Origin: Bacteroidia bacterium
GTDB lineage: Bacteria; Bacteroidota; Bacteroidia; Bacteroidales; VadinHA17
Direction: 5' to 3'
NCBI GenBank assembly: GCA_026391215.1
Contig: JAPLDX010000018.1
Location: forward strand, 1 to 45,819
Length of the DNA stretch: 45,819 nt
The notes under the pieces were generated by a model. The model saw only the letters and a program-made list of their open reading frames with translations. It was not told the DNA's origin and ran no database searches. Positions within the stretch are counted from its first letter, which is position 1, and every line of letters starts with the position of its first letter. This document shows positions 30,336-39,831 of this stretch, piece by piece. A program made the position numbers and the translations under genes.

Positions 30336-31215
30336 TTTCCAGGATAAATTCAATTACACTTCTGTCAGGCCGGAAAAAAAGTTTTGCAGCCGGAACGGAT
30401 GCAATCATTGCTGATACTGAATCAAGAAGCCTGGCAATTATTCCAGGATCCCAGTTATGCTGAATGCAATTCGCCATTATCATGCTTACACTTTCAGCGT
30501 CTTTCACCGGGACTATTTCGTTCCTCTCTCCATGTTCAATAATGAATATCCTGTCAAGTCTGGATCTATTTGGAACATCATTATTATATACCGGTGTATT
30601 GTACATGACATAACTCCTGCCTTCTCTGCGGAGGATAAGCCTGTCATCGTGGATGATCCTGGCGTCCTCCTTATCCCAGAGCTTTGCCATGGTTGTTTTC
30701 CCCTTGCCTGAAACACCGCAGAAAAGAAAGCCGTGACCGGCATGATCTGCTCCAGAAGCATGGATCATGATATCGCCATGAACCACAGTAAGGTAATAAA
30801 GGATCAATCCGTCAAGAGGATATTCCATCGGATCGGATTCTTTATTCGTATTATCGAACCATAGATCCCAGTCTTTTCCTGTAAGTGAATATTGCAAAAT
30901 CGCTTCCTTCCTTTCAGCTGAGCCAGGAAAGATAATTTTAATGAACAGATCATCATTGTATTTATAAATGCTCCAGAAATCATCATTTTTTTTTATGCGA
31001 ATACCATTCAGCTCTTCAACAAATGGAGCATCAAATACTTTTTCAGCCCGGTGAGGAAGAATAAACTGGCCGGAATGAACCCGGATCAGAATATCGGGTT
31101 TGTTTTCAAAACAGATGTACCCGGTCAATCTTTCAGAAGGAACCAATTCAGGTCCGTCAGTACCGCTTTCAAATCTGATATTATACCCGGCGATATTTAA
31201 ATTATAACCTTTCAT
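30316..31215 (-). CDS. HPr-kinase-related P-loop kinase (lasso-peptide-kinase/ScmC-like)
   Basis: IHASG (His), Walker A GVSGKGKTT and IHDDR (Asp-Asp) give the His-Lys-Asp-Asp pattern of HprK-like kinases. Confidence 0.75.
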   Translation of the reverse strand: MKGYNLNIAGYNIRFESGTDGPELVPSERLTGYICFENKPDILIRVHSGQFILPHRAEKVFDAPFVEELNGIRIKKNDDFWSIYKYNDDLFIKIIFPGSAERKEAILQYSLTGKDWDLWFDNTNKESDPMEYPLDGLILYYLTVVHGDIMIHASGADHAGHGFLFCGVSGKGKTTMAKLWDKEDARIIHDDRLILRREGRSYVMYNTPVYNNDVPNRSRLDRIFIIEHGERNEIVPVKDAESVSMIMANCIQHNWDPGIIARLLDSVSAMIASVPAAKLFFRPDRSVIEFILENEQRQS

Positions 31216-31226
31216 TCTTCGTTCTT

Positions 31227-31287
31227 CCTTTGTGTTGCACTTTGTACTCCTGTGTGGTTATTTTTATACCACTAAGGGACACTAAGG
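31227..31287. repeat. CTTTGTG-periodic inverted repeat (family 2) inside the cassette
   Basis: Left arm cctttgtgttgcactttgtactcctgtgtggt and right arm accactaagggacactaagg. The left arm resembles 192-233. Confidence 0.55.
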
Positions 31288-31304
31288 ATATATGCTGTTT
31301 TTCA

Positions 31305-31592
31305 TTATTCTTTGATAATAAGGTATTTTGTCATTTCACTGAAAAATTCAAAAACATCGTTTGTTGCGTTCTTTTCATCAATATCATATTCTCTTATAAG
31401 GGCTTCAATCATATCTTCAACATTGGTTTCACCATCAATCAGTTCCCAGAGAAAAGCTCCGGTTTCATTAAGAGTATAGACACTGTTCATATCGGCAATA
31501 TTGTTGGTAACAGGAACAAGCACATATTCTTTCCCTGTTTTCCGTGTAACAACAGAAGGCGAATGCAGGGGGACAGATTTCAGATCAATCAT
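31305..31592 (-). CDS. Stand-alone PqqD-family protein (RiPP recognition element)
   Basis: About 95 aa with V.R..G.E.VLVP, YTLNETGAFLWELIDG, L..EYD and DV.EF motifs. Start 31592 or 31601; the track's TTG at 31613 lies inside the -7 element. Confidence 0.9.
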   Translation of the reverse strand: MIDLKSVPLHSPSVVTRKTGKEYVLVPVTNNIADMNSVYTLNETGAFLWELIDGETNVEDMIEALIREYDIDEKNATNDVFEFFSEMTKYLIIKE

Positions 31593-31610
31593 ATATACCA
31601 TATTATAAAT

Positions 31611-31618
31611 CAAATTTA
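31611..31618 (-). promoter_or_regulatory. -7 element (TAAATTTG) driving the PqqD cassette
   Basis: TAnnTTTG on the minus strand just upstream of the PqqD gene, back-to-back with a TACCTTCG variant (31641-31648) before rnr. Confidence 0.55.
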
Positions 31619-31664
31619 GGAAAATAATAGTTCATTTTCTTACCTTCGCAAAAACCAAAAATTT

Positions 31665-33800
31665 ATGAGCAGGAAGGGAAATGGAAGAAAGAGATCAGGT
31701 ATTTCAAGAGAATCAGCCACAGAACAGATACTTTCAATATTATCAAGAAGTCCGGAGCAGGGATTCAACTACAAGCAGATCGCCAAAAGACTCAACATCA
31801 ATGAAACGTCTGATAAACAGATGATCTCTGAGATTTTAAAGGACCTTACAAAGAAAGGTACTGTCAAGGAGATCTACCAGGGAAAATTCAGCGCCAGGGT
31901 GAGCCGGGGATACATAACCGGTACAGTTGACATGACCAGGAGCGGTTACGGATTCATCACTTCTGATGATATTGAAGAGGATGTTTTTGTTTCTGCAAAA
32001 AACCTTCGCACAGCTCTTCACGGTGATAAGGTTAAAGTCTGGCTCTTCGCCAGGAAGAAAGGTTCCAGGCCGGAAGGTGAGGTTGTCGAGATCATTGAAA
32101 GATGGCGCACTTCATTCGTTGGAACCATCGAGATAATGCCAAATTTTGCTTTCCTTATTCCCGACAACAAAAATATGCCTTTCGACCTGTTCATTCCGAC
32201 TTCAAAACTGAACGGGGCGAAACAGGGACAGAAGGCTGTAGCAAAAGTCATTGACTGGGATCCCAAATCAAAGAATCCGGTTGCAGAGATCATTAATGTT
32301 CTTGGTGATCCCGGGCTGCATGAAACGGAAATGCATGCCATACTTGCAGAATTTGAACTTCCTTATCATTTTACCGATGATGTTGAACATGATGCCGAAA
32401 AGATCAATGCAGGTATCACTGAAAATGATATTAAATCACGCCGCGATTTCCGTGACGTACCGACATTCACAGTTGATCCGGAGGATGCAAAGGACTTCGA
32501 TGATGCCCTTTCATTCAGGCAGCTGGATAATGGCAATTATGAAGTCGGTGTCCATATTGCCGATGTGACACATTATGTAAAACCGGGTTCGCTCACAGAA
32601 GAAGAGGCTAAACAGAGGGCCACTTCGGTTTACCTTGTAGACAGGGTGGTGCCGATGCTTCCGGAAAGACTTTCAAATCATATCTGTTCACTGAGCCCTT
32701 CAGAGGATAAGCTTACCTATTCTGCTGTATTTGAGATGAATGAAAAAGCGGAGGTGATAAATGAATGGTTTGGAAGAACTATAATCAATTCGGATAAGCG
32801 GTTTTCGTACAAGGGGGCACAGTACGTAATAGATAAAGGAGAAGGTGATATGAAGGAACAGATCCTGGTTCTTCATAATCTTGCACAGCAACTCCGGAAA
32901 AAACGTTTTTCCTCAGGAGCTTTTCTCTTTGAAAAAACAGAAGTGCAGTTTGATCTGGATAAGGATGGAAAGCCGCTGGGTATAAGGTTCAGGGATATGG
33001 GCACTTCAAACCAGCTTATAGAGGAATTCATGCTGCTGGCAAACAGGCATGTTGCGGAATTTGTCGGAAAGAAATTAAGGGGAAAAACTTTTGTATACCG
33101 TATCCATGACAAACCCGATCCTGAAAAAATTGAGAACTTCAGCCATTTTATAACCAGGTTTGGCTACGAGCTCATTGAAGATGATAAAACATCACTGCCT
33201 AAGGCTATGAACAGGCTGCTGAATTCTGTGGCCGGTAAAAAAGAACAGAATATAATTGAAACTCTGGCTTTGAGAGCTATGGCAAAAGCGGTTTACTCAA
33301 CAGATAATATTGGTCATTTCGGGCTTTCATTTAAATATTATACACATTTTACGTCCCCGATAAGAAGATATCCCGATATGATGGCGCACCGGCTTCTGAC
33401 CGAATACCTGAATAATGAAAATCCGGGAGGAAAGGATAAATACGAAAAGCTGTGTGAACACTCTTCAAAGATGGAGCGTCTGTCTGCCGAAGCTGAGAGG
33501 GCTTCAGTCAAATATAAACAGGTGGAGTATATGAGCGATAAGACCGGGAAAGAGTTTGAAGGAATTATTTCAGGTGTTACGGAATGGGGCATTTATGTGG
33601 AAATAATTGAGAACCAGTGTGAAGGGATGGTCAATATACGGGAGCTTGGAGATGATTACTATGAGTATGATGAGGATAATTACTGTATCAGAGGCAGATC
33701 TACAGGAAAAGTATATACGTTAGGCGATAAAGTTACAATTGAGGTGGTGAAGGCAGATCTTCAGAAAAAACAGCTCGATTACAGACTGGTCTCTATCTGA
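31665..33800 (+). CDS. rnr: Ribonuclease R
   Basis: N-terminal HTH and CSD domains, RNB motifs DPEDAKDFDDA and YTHFTSPIRRYPD, C-terminal S1. Confidence 0.96.
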   Translation: MSRKGNGRKRSGISRESATEQILSILSRSPEQGFNYKQIAKRLNINETSDKQMISEILKDLTKKGTVKEIYQGKFSARVSRGYITGTVDMTRSGYGFITSDDIEEDVFVSAKNLRTALHGDKVKVWLFARKKGSRPEGEVVEIIERWRTSFVGTIEIMPNFAFLIPDNKNMPFDLFIPTSKLNGAKQGQKAVAKVIDWDPKSKNPVAEIINVLGDPGLHETEMHAILAEFELPYHFTDDVEHDAEKINAGITENDIKSRRDFRDVPTFTVDPEDAKDFDDALSFRQLDNGNYEVGVHIADVTHYVKPGSLTEEEAKQRATSVYLVDRVVPMLPERLSNHICSLSPSEDKLTYSAVFEMNEKAEVINEWFGRTIINSDKRFSYKGAQYVIDKGEGDMKEQILVLHNLAQQLRKKRFSSGAFLFEKTEVQFDLDKDGKPLGIRFRDMGTSNQLIEEFMLLANRHVAEFVGKKLRGKTFVYRIHDKPDPEKIENFSHFITRFGYELIEDDKTSLPKAMNRLLNSVAGKKEQNIIETLALRAMAKAVYSTDNIGHFGLSFKYYTHFTSPIRRYPDMMAHRLLTEYLNNENPGGKDKYEKLCEHSSKMERLSAEAERASVKYKQVEYMSDKTGKEFEGIISGVTEWGIYVEIIENQCEGMVNIRELGDDYYEYDEDNYCIRGRSTGKVYTLGDKVTIEVVKADLQKKQLDYRLVSI

Positions 33801-33880
33801 CCCCCCATCCCCCCTAAAGGGGGGCTATTTGGGTTTCAAGCCCCCTTTAGGGGGCAGGCCAGCTTTAGCTGGCCGGGGGT
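33800..33880. repeat. REP doublet (CCCCCTAAAGGGGG / CCCCCTTTAGGGGG) with a nested 18-bp palindrome; overlaps the ispG 3' end
   Basis: Two inverted hairpins plus ggccagctttagctggcc at 33857-33874. Bases 33861-33880 are the exact reverse complement of 45800-45819. Confidence 0.8.
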
Positions 33881-35412
33881 TCCCCCCGATTCTCTTCAAT
33901 AATTTTCACCAACAAACTGACAGCATCCTCTTCGGGTATGTTCTTAAGTACCGGAGTTAATCCCCTGTAAATATGTACTTTCCCCTCTCCTGCTCCGACA
34001 TATCCGTAATCAGCGCCTGCCATTTCTCCGGGTCCGTTTACTATGCATCCCATAATTGCTATCTTAAGCCCGTTCAGGTGTCCGGTTGCTGCTTTCACCT
34101 TTTTCACTGCATCCACGACATTGAATTTTGTACGCCCGCAAGTGGGACATGAAATATAGCGGTTCCTTGTTATTCTCGCTTCTGTGGCCTGCAGTATGGA
34201 GAAAGAGAGTTCTTTCAGCTTTTCTCCCTGGACCTTACCGCTGTTTGTAATACAAATCCCATCTGCCTGCTTTAAAATAAAATAACGTCCAAGCAAAGCA
34301 GCTGCATCTATAATGAGCTTTTCAGGATCGTCTTCCGAAAAAACCGGGCTGAGAAAAATTTTTTCGTTTGACTGCTCTAACAGAAATGGAGGAGTTTTAT
34401 ATGTGAAAATGAGCATTTTACCCTGGAAAGGCTTTCCGTCTTCTTTAAGGTATCTGCCATTATCATAAGTCAATACCTCAGGTTTATAATGAGTATCCCT
34501 TGTTTTAAAATTCTGCGAAATGACTGGTGTAGTAACCCTTCCTTTTGATCCTCCAAGAAAATGCAATATCTCTTTTGCTACAGGTATCTCTTGTTCGGGA
34601 TCTCCTGTTAATGAGACCCTGATGGTATCTCCGATTCCTTCTGAGAGAAGGGCTCCTGTCCCGGTAGCTGACCGTATCTTTCCTTCTTCGCCTTCACCTG
34701 CTTCCGTAACTCCAAGATGTATCGGGTAAGCAACTCCTTCTTTCTGCATCATACTGACCAGTAGCCTGTTGGCTTCAACCATTACAACAGTATCTGAAGA
34801 TTTCATCGAGAGCACCAGGTTATTGAAATTCTCTGACCGGAATATCTTTATGAATTCCCGTGCTGACTGGACCATTCCACCCGGGGTGTTTCCATACCGG
34901 GTAATAATTCGGTCTGAGAGTGAGCCGTGATTAATACCAATTCGAATAACTGTATTATTTTGCCTGCAGATATTGATAAGCGGGAGAAGCCGTTCATGTA
35001 CACGTTCCAGCTCTTCTTCATATTCTGTATCAGAAAATTCTGTTTTTATGAAGGCTGCTCTTTTATCAGCATAATTCCCGGGATTGATCCTGATTTTTTC
35101 AACAAGCTTTGCAGCCGTTTCGGCAGCAGCAGGGTTGAAATGAATATCTGCGATGAGGGGTGTGCTGAAGCCTGCCTTATGCAGTTCGTTCTTAATGTTT
35201 TCAAGGTTTTGTGCTTCCCTGACACCCTGCGCCGTAAGCCTTACAAAATCTGCACCGGCTTCTATTATCCTTATGCACTGGGTAACAGATGCGCTGGTAT
35301 CAAGTGTATCGGTGTTAGTCATAGACTGAATACGGACAGGATAGTTGCCTCCGAGTGGGACGGAACCGATGAGTATTTGGTTTGAGATGTATGGAGTCGG
35401 GATTTGGATCAT
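33865..35412 (-). CDS. ispG: (E)-4-hydroxy-3-methylbut-2-enyl-diphosphate synthase
   Basis: QSMTNT, ADIHF, RINPGN, HLGVTEAG, GDTIRVSL, CPTCGRT and MGCIVNGPGE. The ATG at 35412 overlaps the cysS stop (TGATG). Confidence 0.95.
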   Translation of the reverse strand: MIQIPTPYISNQILIGSVPLGGNYPVRIQSMTNTDTLDTSASVTQCIRIIEAGADFVRLTAQGVREAQNLENIKNELHKAGFSTPLIADIHFNPAAAETAAKLVEKIRINPGNYADKRAAFIKTEFSDTEYEEELERVHERLLPLINICRQNNTVIRIGINHGSLSDRIITRYGNTPGGMVQSAREFIKIFRSENFNNLVLSMKSSDTVVMVEANRLLVSMMQKEGVAYPIHLGVTEAGEGEEGKIRSATGTGALLSEGIGDTIRVSLTGDPEQEIPVAKEILHFLGGSKGRVTTPVISQNFKTRDTHYKPEVLTYDNGRYLKEDGKPFQGKMLIFTYKTPPFLLEQSNEKIFLSPVFSEDDPEKLIIDAAALLGRYFILKQADGICITNSGKVQGEKLKELSFSILQATEARITRNRYISCPTCGRTKFNVVDAVKKVKAATGHLNGLKIAIMGCIVNGPGEMAGADYGYVGAGEGKVHIYRGLTPVLKNIPEEDAVSLLVKIIEENRGEPPAS

Positions 35413-36881
35413 CACTCCACCTCCCATTCTGCTCCATCCTTCATATCTTTCAGTATTATCCCTGTCTTTTTCAGTTCTTCCCTGATCTTATCCGAGATAC
35501 CCCATTCTTTCCTGTCTTTTGCATCCTGCCTGAGGTTAATTATGATCTTCATCAGATCACCTGTCAGCTTATCATTGGATTTGCCTGCTTCTTCATCTTT
35601 TAACCCAAGTATCTCAAAAACAAATGTTCTAAACAGGCTTTTCATAATTTCTAGATCGCCTGAAGCAAGTCTTTCCGTGCCATCACTGGCGGCATTGATG
35701 TATTTGACTCCCTCAAAAAGATATGATAACAGTGTTGGGCTGTTAAGATCATCATCCATTGCTTCATAGCATTTTGTTTTTAGAGTAGATATATCAACAG
35801 TTGATGAAAGGGATGGTTTAAGCTTTTTCAGGGTTTCATGTGCCTTCATCAGCTTCTGCAATCCTTTTTCAGCTGCAAGCAATGCTTCATTGGAAAAGTC
35901 AACAGTGCTGCGGTAATGAGCCTGCATGAGAAAGAACCTGATAGTCATTGGACTATATGCCTTGTATAGCAATGGATGATCACCGGAAAAAAGCTGATCG
36001 AGCGTAATAAAATTATTAAGGGAACGGGCCATCTTCTGCCCGTTAATGGTGATCATATTGTTATGCATCCAGTACCGGACAGATTCCTTGCCCAGTGCTG
36101 CTGTTGATTGAGCAATTTCGCACTCATGATGAGGGAACTGCAGATCCATGCCACCTCCGTGAATGTCAAAAACTTCACCAAGGTATTTAATGCTCATTGC
36201 AGAACATTCAAGATGCCATCCGGGATATCCCTCGCTCCATGGGGATGACCATCTCATTATATGTTCCGGTGATGCCTTTTTCCAGAGCGCAAAATCGAAA
36301 GGATTGCGCTTTTCTTCCTGTCCCTCGAGACTCCTGGTATTTGTTTGTAAATCCTCAAGAACTCGTCCTGAGAGTTTCCCGTAATCATATTTCTTACTGT
36401 ATTTATCGACATCAAAATATACCGAGCCGTTTATTTCATAAGCATACCCTTTCTTCAGTATTTTGCTTATAAATTCCTGTTGTTCAATAATATGTCCTGA
36501 TGCCCTTGGCTCAATTGAAGGATGCAGGGTATTTAGCTGTTCCATGTTTTTCAGGAAGTTGTTAATATATTTTTGAACCACTTCCATAGGCTCCATGTGC
36601 TCCAGCCTTGCTCTTTTTTCAATTTTATCTTCACCTTCATCAGCATCATTTTCAAGATGACCTACATCTGTTATGTTACGGACATAGCGCACCTTATATT
36701 CAAGATGCTTAAGATAGCGGTATAGCATGTCGAAGGTTACTGCCGGTCGTGCATGGCCAAGGTGGGCATCGCTGTAAACAGTGGGCCCGCAGACATATAA
36801 ACCTACAAATGGCGGATGAAGAGGCTTGAATGGCTCCTTCTTTCGGGAGAGGCTGTTATAGATTGTGAAGTTGTTATCCAT
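35412..36881 (-). CDS. cysS: Cysteine-tRNA ligase
   Basis: [39 protein letters not shown] and KMARS (KMSKS variant). Start at MDNNF (36881). Confidence 0.97.
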   Translation of the reverse strand: MDNNFTIYNSLSRKKEPFKPLHPPFVGLYVCGPTVYSDAHLGHARPAVTFDMLYRYLKHLEYKVRYVRNITDVGHLENDADEGEDKIEKRARLEHMEPMEVVQKYINNFLKNMEQLNTLHPSIEPRASGHIIEQQEFISKILKKGYAYEINGSVYFDVDKYSKKYDYGKLSGRVLEDLQTNTRSLEGQEEKRNPFDFALWKKASPEHIMRWSSPWSEGYPGWHLECSAMSIKYLGEVFDIHGGGMDLQFPHHECEIAQSTAALGKESVRYWMHNNMITINGQKMARSLNNFITLDQLFSGDHPLLYKAYSPMTIRFFLMQAHYRSTVDFSNEALLAAEKGLQKLMKAHETLKKLKPSLSSTVDISTLKTKCYEAMDDDLNSPTLLSYLFEGVKYINAASDGTERLASGDLEIMKSLFRTFVFEILGLKDEEAGKSNDKLTGDLMKIIINLRQDAKDRKEWGISDKIREELKKTGIILKDMKDGAEWEVE

Positions 36882-36900
36882 TGGTAAAATGATTATAAGA

Positions 36901-36908
36901 CAAAAATA
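36901..36908 (-). promoter_or_regulatory. -7 element (TATTTTTG) for cysS-ispG
   Basis: TAnnTTTG about 20 nt upstream of the ATG at 36881. Confidence 0.5.
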
Positions 36909-36947
36909 ACTTAAATCTTGATTCTGTCCCAACACAATTATTTTGCT

Positions 36948-37095
36948 ATGTACTCATCCCCCCAACCCCCTTCTCTGCTGAAGCAAAGAAGGGGGAGTAT
37001 TTTCTTATATTTCATTGATTATCAATTTATAACCAAAATACCTTCCCCCTCTTTGCTTCAGCAGAGAGGGGGAAAAGAAGGGGGTGAGTTCATGT
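36948..37095. repeat. REPIN/MITE-like double-hairpin element, family 1 copy B
   Basis: Termini atgtactcatcccccc ... gggggtgagttcatgt. Internal hairpins ctctgctgaagcaaag and ctttgcttcagcagag are in inverted orientation. Confidence 0.82.
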
Positions 37096-37122
37096 AAACA
37101 AAGTTGTTTACTGTCCTGTTTT

Positions 37123-37153
37123 TTTGCATTTTCCAAATTCCTTTATATATTTG
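37123..37153 (+). promoter_or_regulatory. Bacteroidota sigma70 promoter of the met operon
   Basis: TTTG (37123-37126), a 19-nt spacer, then TATATTTG (37146-37153): the full -33/-7 consensus. Confidence 0.75.
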
Positions 37154-37195
37154 TTCCCACAAATCAAATATTCCTTCCTTTTAAGGGTGTTTGGT

Positions 37196-37308
37196 TTTTA
37201 TTAAGAAGGGCGGAGAGAATAGGCTCTGCGAAACCCTGGCAACCAACCCCGAGTACTCGGGGGAACGGTGCCAAAACCTAATCCCGGAAAAGCCGGGAGA
37301 TGATAAAA
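37196..37308 (+). ncRNA. SAM-I (S-box) riboswitch aptamer
   Basis: P1 TTTTATTA/TGATAAAA; P2 GGG-CGGAGAG..CTCT-GCGAAA-CCC; loop TAGG pairing with CCTA as the pseudoknot; P3 TGGCAACC..GGTGCCA; P4 TCCCGG/CCGGGA. Upstream of met genes. Confidence 0.9.
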
Positions 37309-37323
37309 ATAAACACGGAAACA

Positions 37324-37392
37324 ATGAAGCTATTTCATCTGACCCGAAACAATCTTACGATGCAGCTCATGCCTATGGGCATGCGCCGGTAA
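37324..37392 (+). CDS. Putative Met-rich leader peptide MKLFHLTRNNLTMQLMPMGMRR (22 aa)
   Basis: Hand translation. A-rich initiation context; four Met codons within codons 13-20; lies between the riboswitch and metY. Confidence 0.6.
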   Translation: MKLFHLTRNNLTMQLMPMGMRR

Positions 37393-37447
37393 GGATCCTG
37401 ATTTGGGAATAATCAATTTTAATTCAATTGCCGGATCAATGCAATGA

Positions 37448-38805
<1,358 letters not shown>

Positions 38806-38806
<1 letters not shown>

Positions 38807-39825
38807 TGAAGACACTACAATACAATCTCCCGTTTAAAACTGAGACCGGAGTTATTCTGCCATCCCTGGAAATAGCTTATAATACCTGGGGAAAGATCAA
38901 TCCTGAAGCTGATAATGTAATCTGGGTTTGCCATGCCCTTACTGCCAATTCGGATGTTGAGGCCTGGTGGCCCGGAATGGTGGGAAAGGGTCTTCTGTTT
39001 GATCCTGAAAAGAATTTTATTATTTGCGCCAATGTTCTTGGATCTTGTTACGGTACAACTGGTCCGGCATCAGTAAATCAGGAAACAGGCAAGCCATGGC
39101 TTAACAGCTTCCCCCTTATCACTGTCAGGGACCTGGTAAATGTTCATGAGATACTCAGAAGTCATCTGGGGATAAAAAGGATACATACAATAATAGGCGC
39201 ATCCATAGGCGGATATCAGGCTCTTGAGTACAGCATCATGTTTCCGTACCTGATTCAAAGGCTTATTCTTCTGGCTTCTGGTGCCAGGCAAACTCCCTGG
39301 GCACTTGCTTTCAGCGAATCAATGAGACTTGCCATGGAGGCTGATCAGACATTTATATCGGGTGAGCCGGATGGCGGCAAAAAGGGACTTAAAGCTGCAA
39401 GGTCCATTGCACTTATCAGTTACAGGACGATGATTGCCTATAACAGGACCCAGCAGGAGGAAGATGATGAAAAACTCACTTCTTTTAAAGCAGCTTCGTA
39501 TCAGGCATACCAGGGCGAAAAGCTTGTAAAGAGGTTCAACCCCTACTCTTACTGGTGCCTTACCTGTCTTTCCGATACTCATAACATCGGCAGGGGAAGA
39601 GGAGGTATAATCAATGCTCTTAAAAATATTAAAGCAAAAGTTCTGTGTGTGGGAATAAAATCTGATCTTCTTTTTCCTACTGATGATCAAAAATTCATTA
39701 CTGAAAATGCCGGTAATGCTGAGTATGTTGAGATAGATTCATTTTACGGACATGACGGATTCCTGATAGAAACAGAAATTGTAACAGAAATTGTCAGGAG
39801 ATTCTGGGAAAAAACTTCAAATTAA
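38806..39825 (+). CDS. metX: Homoserine O-acetyltransferase (MetX family)
   Basis: CHALT, CANVLGSCYG, nucleophile GASIGG and YGHDGFL. Coupled to metY by a TAATG overlap. Confidence 0.93.
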
Positions 39826-39831
39826 AGAAAA

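Noticed and set aside
31282-31305. Mini-ORF MKNSIYP overlapping the PqqD stop as the precursor
   Set aside because: Seven residues are too few for a leader plus core, and it runs into a repeat arm.
26928-31613. Complete lasso peptide or PQQ biosynthesis cluster
   Set aside because: There is no asparagine-synthetase-like cyclase, B2 protease, precursor or pqqA/B/C/E.
37084-37412. Track ORFs 37084-37281 and 37191-37412
   Set aside because: They overlap the repeat, promoter and SAM-I aptamer, use non-ATG starts and show no protein-like features.
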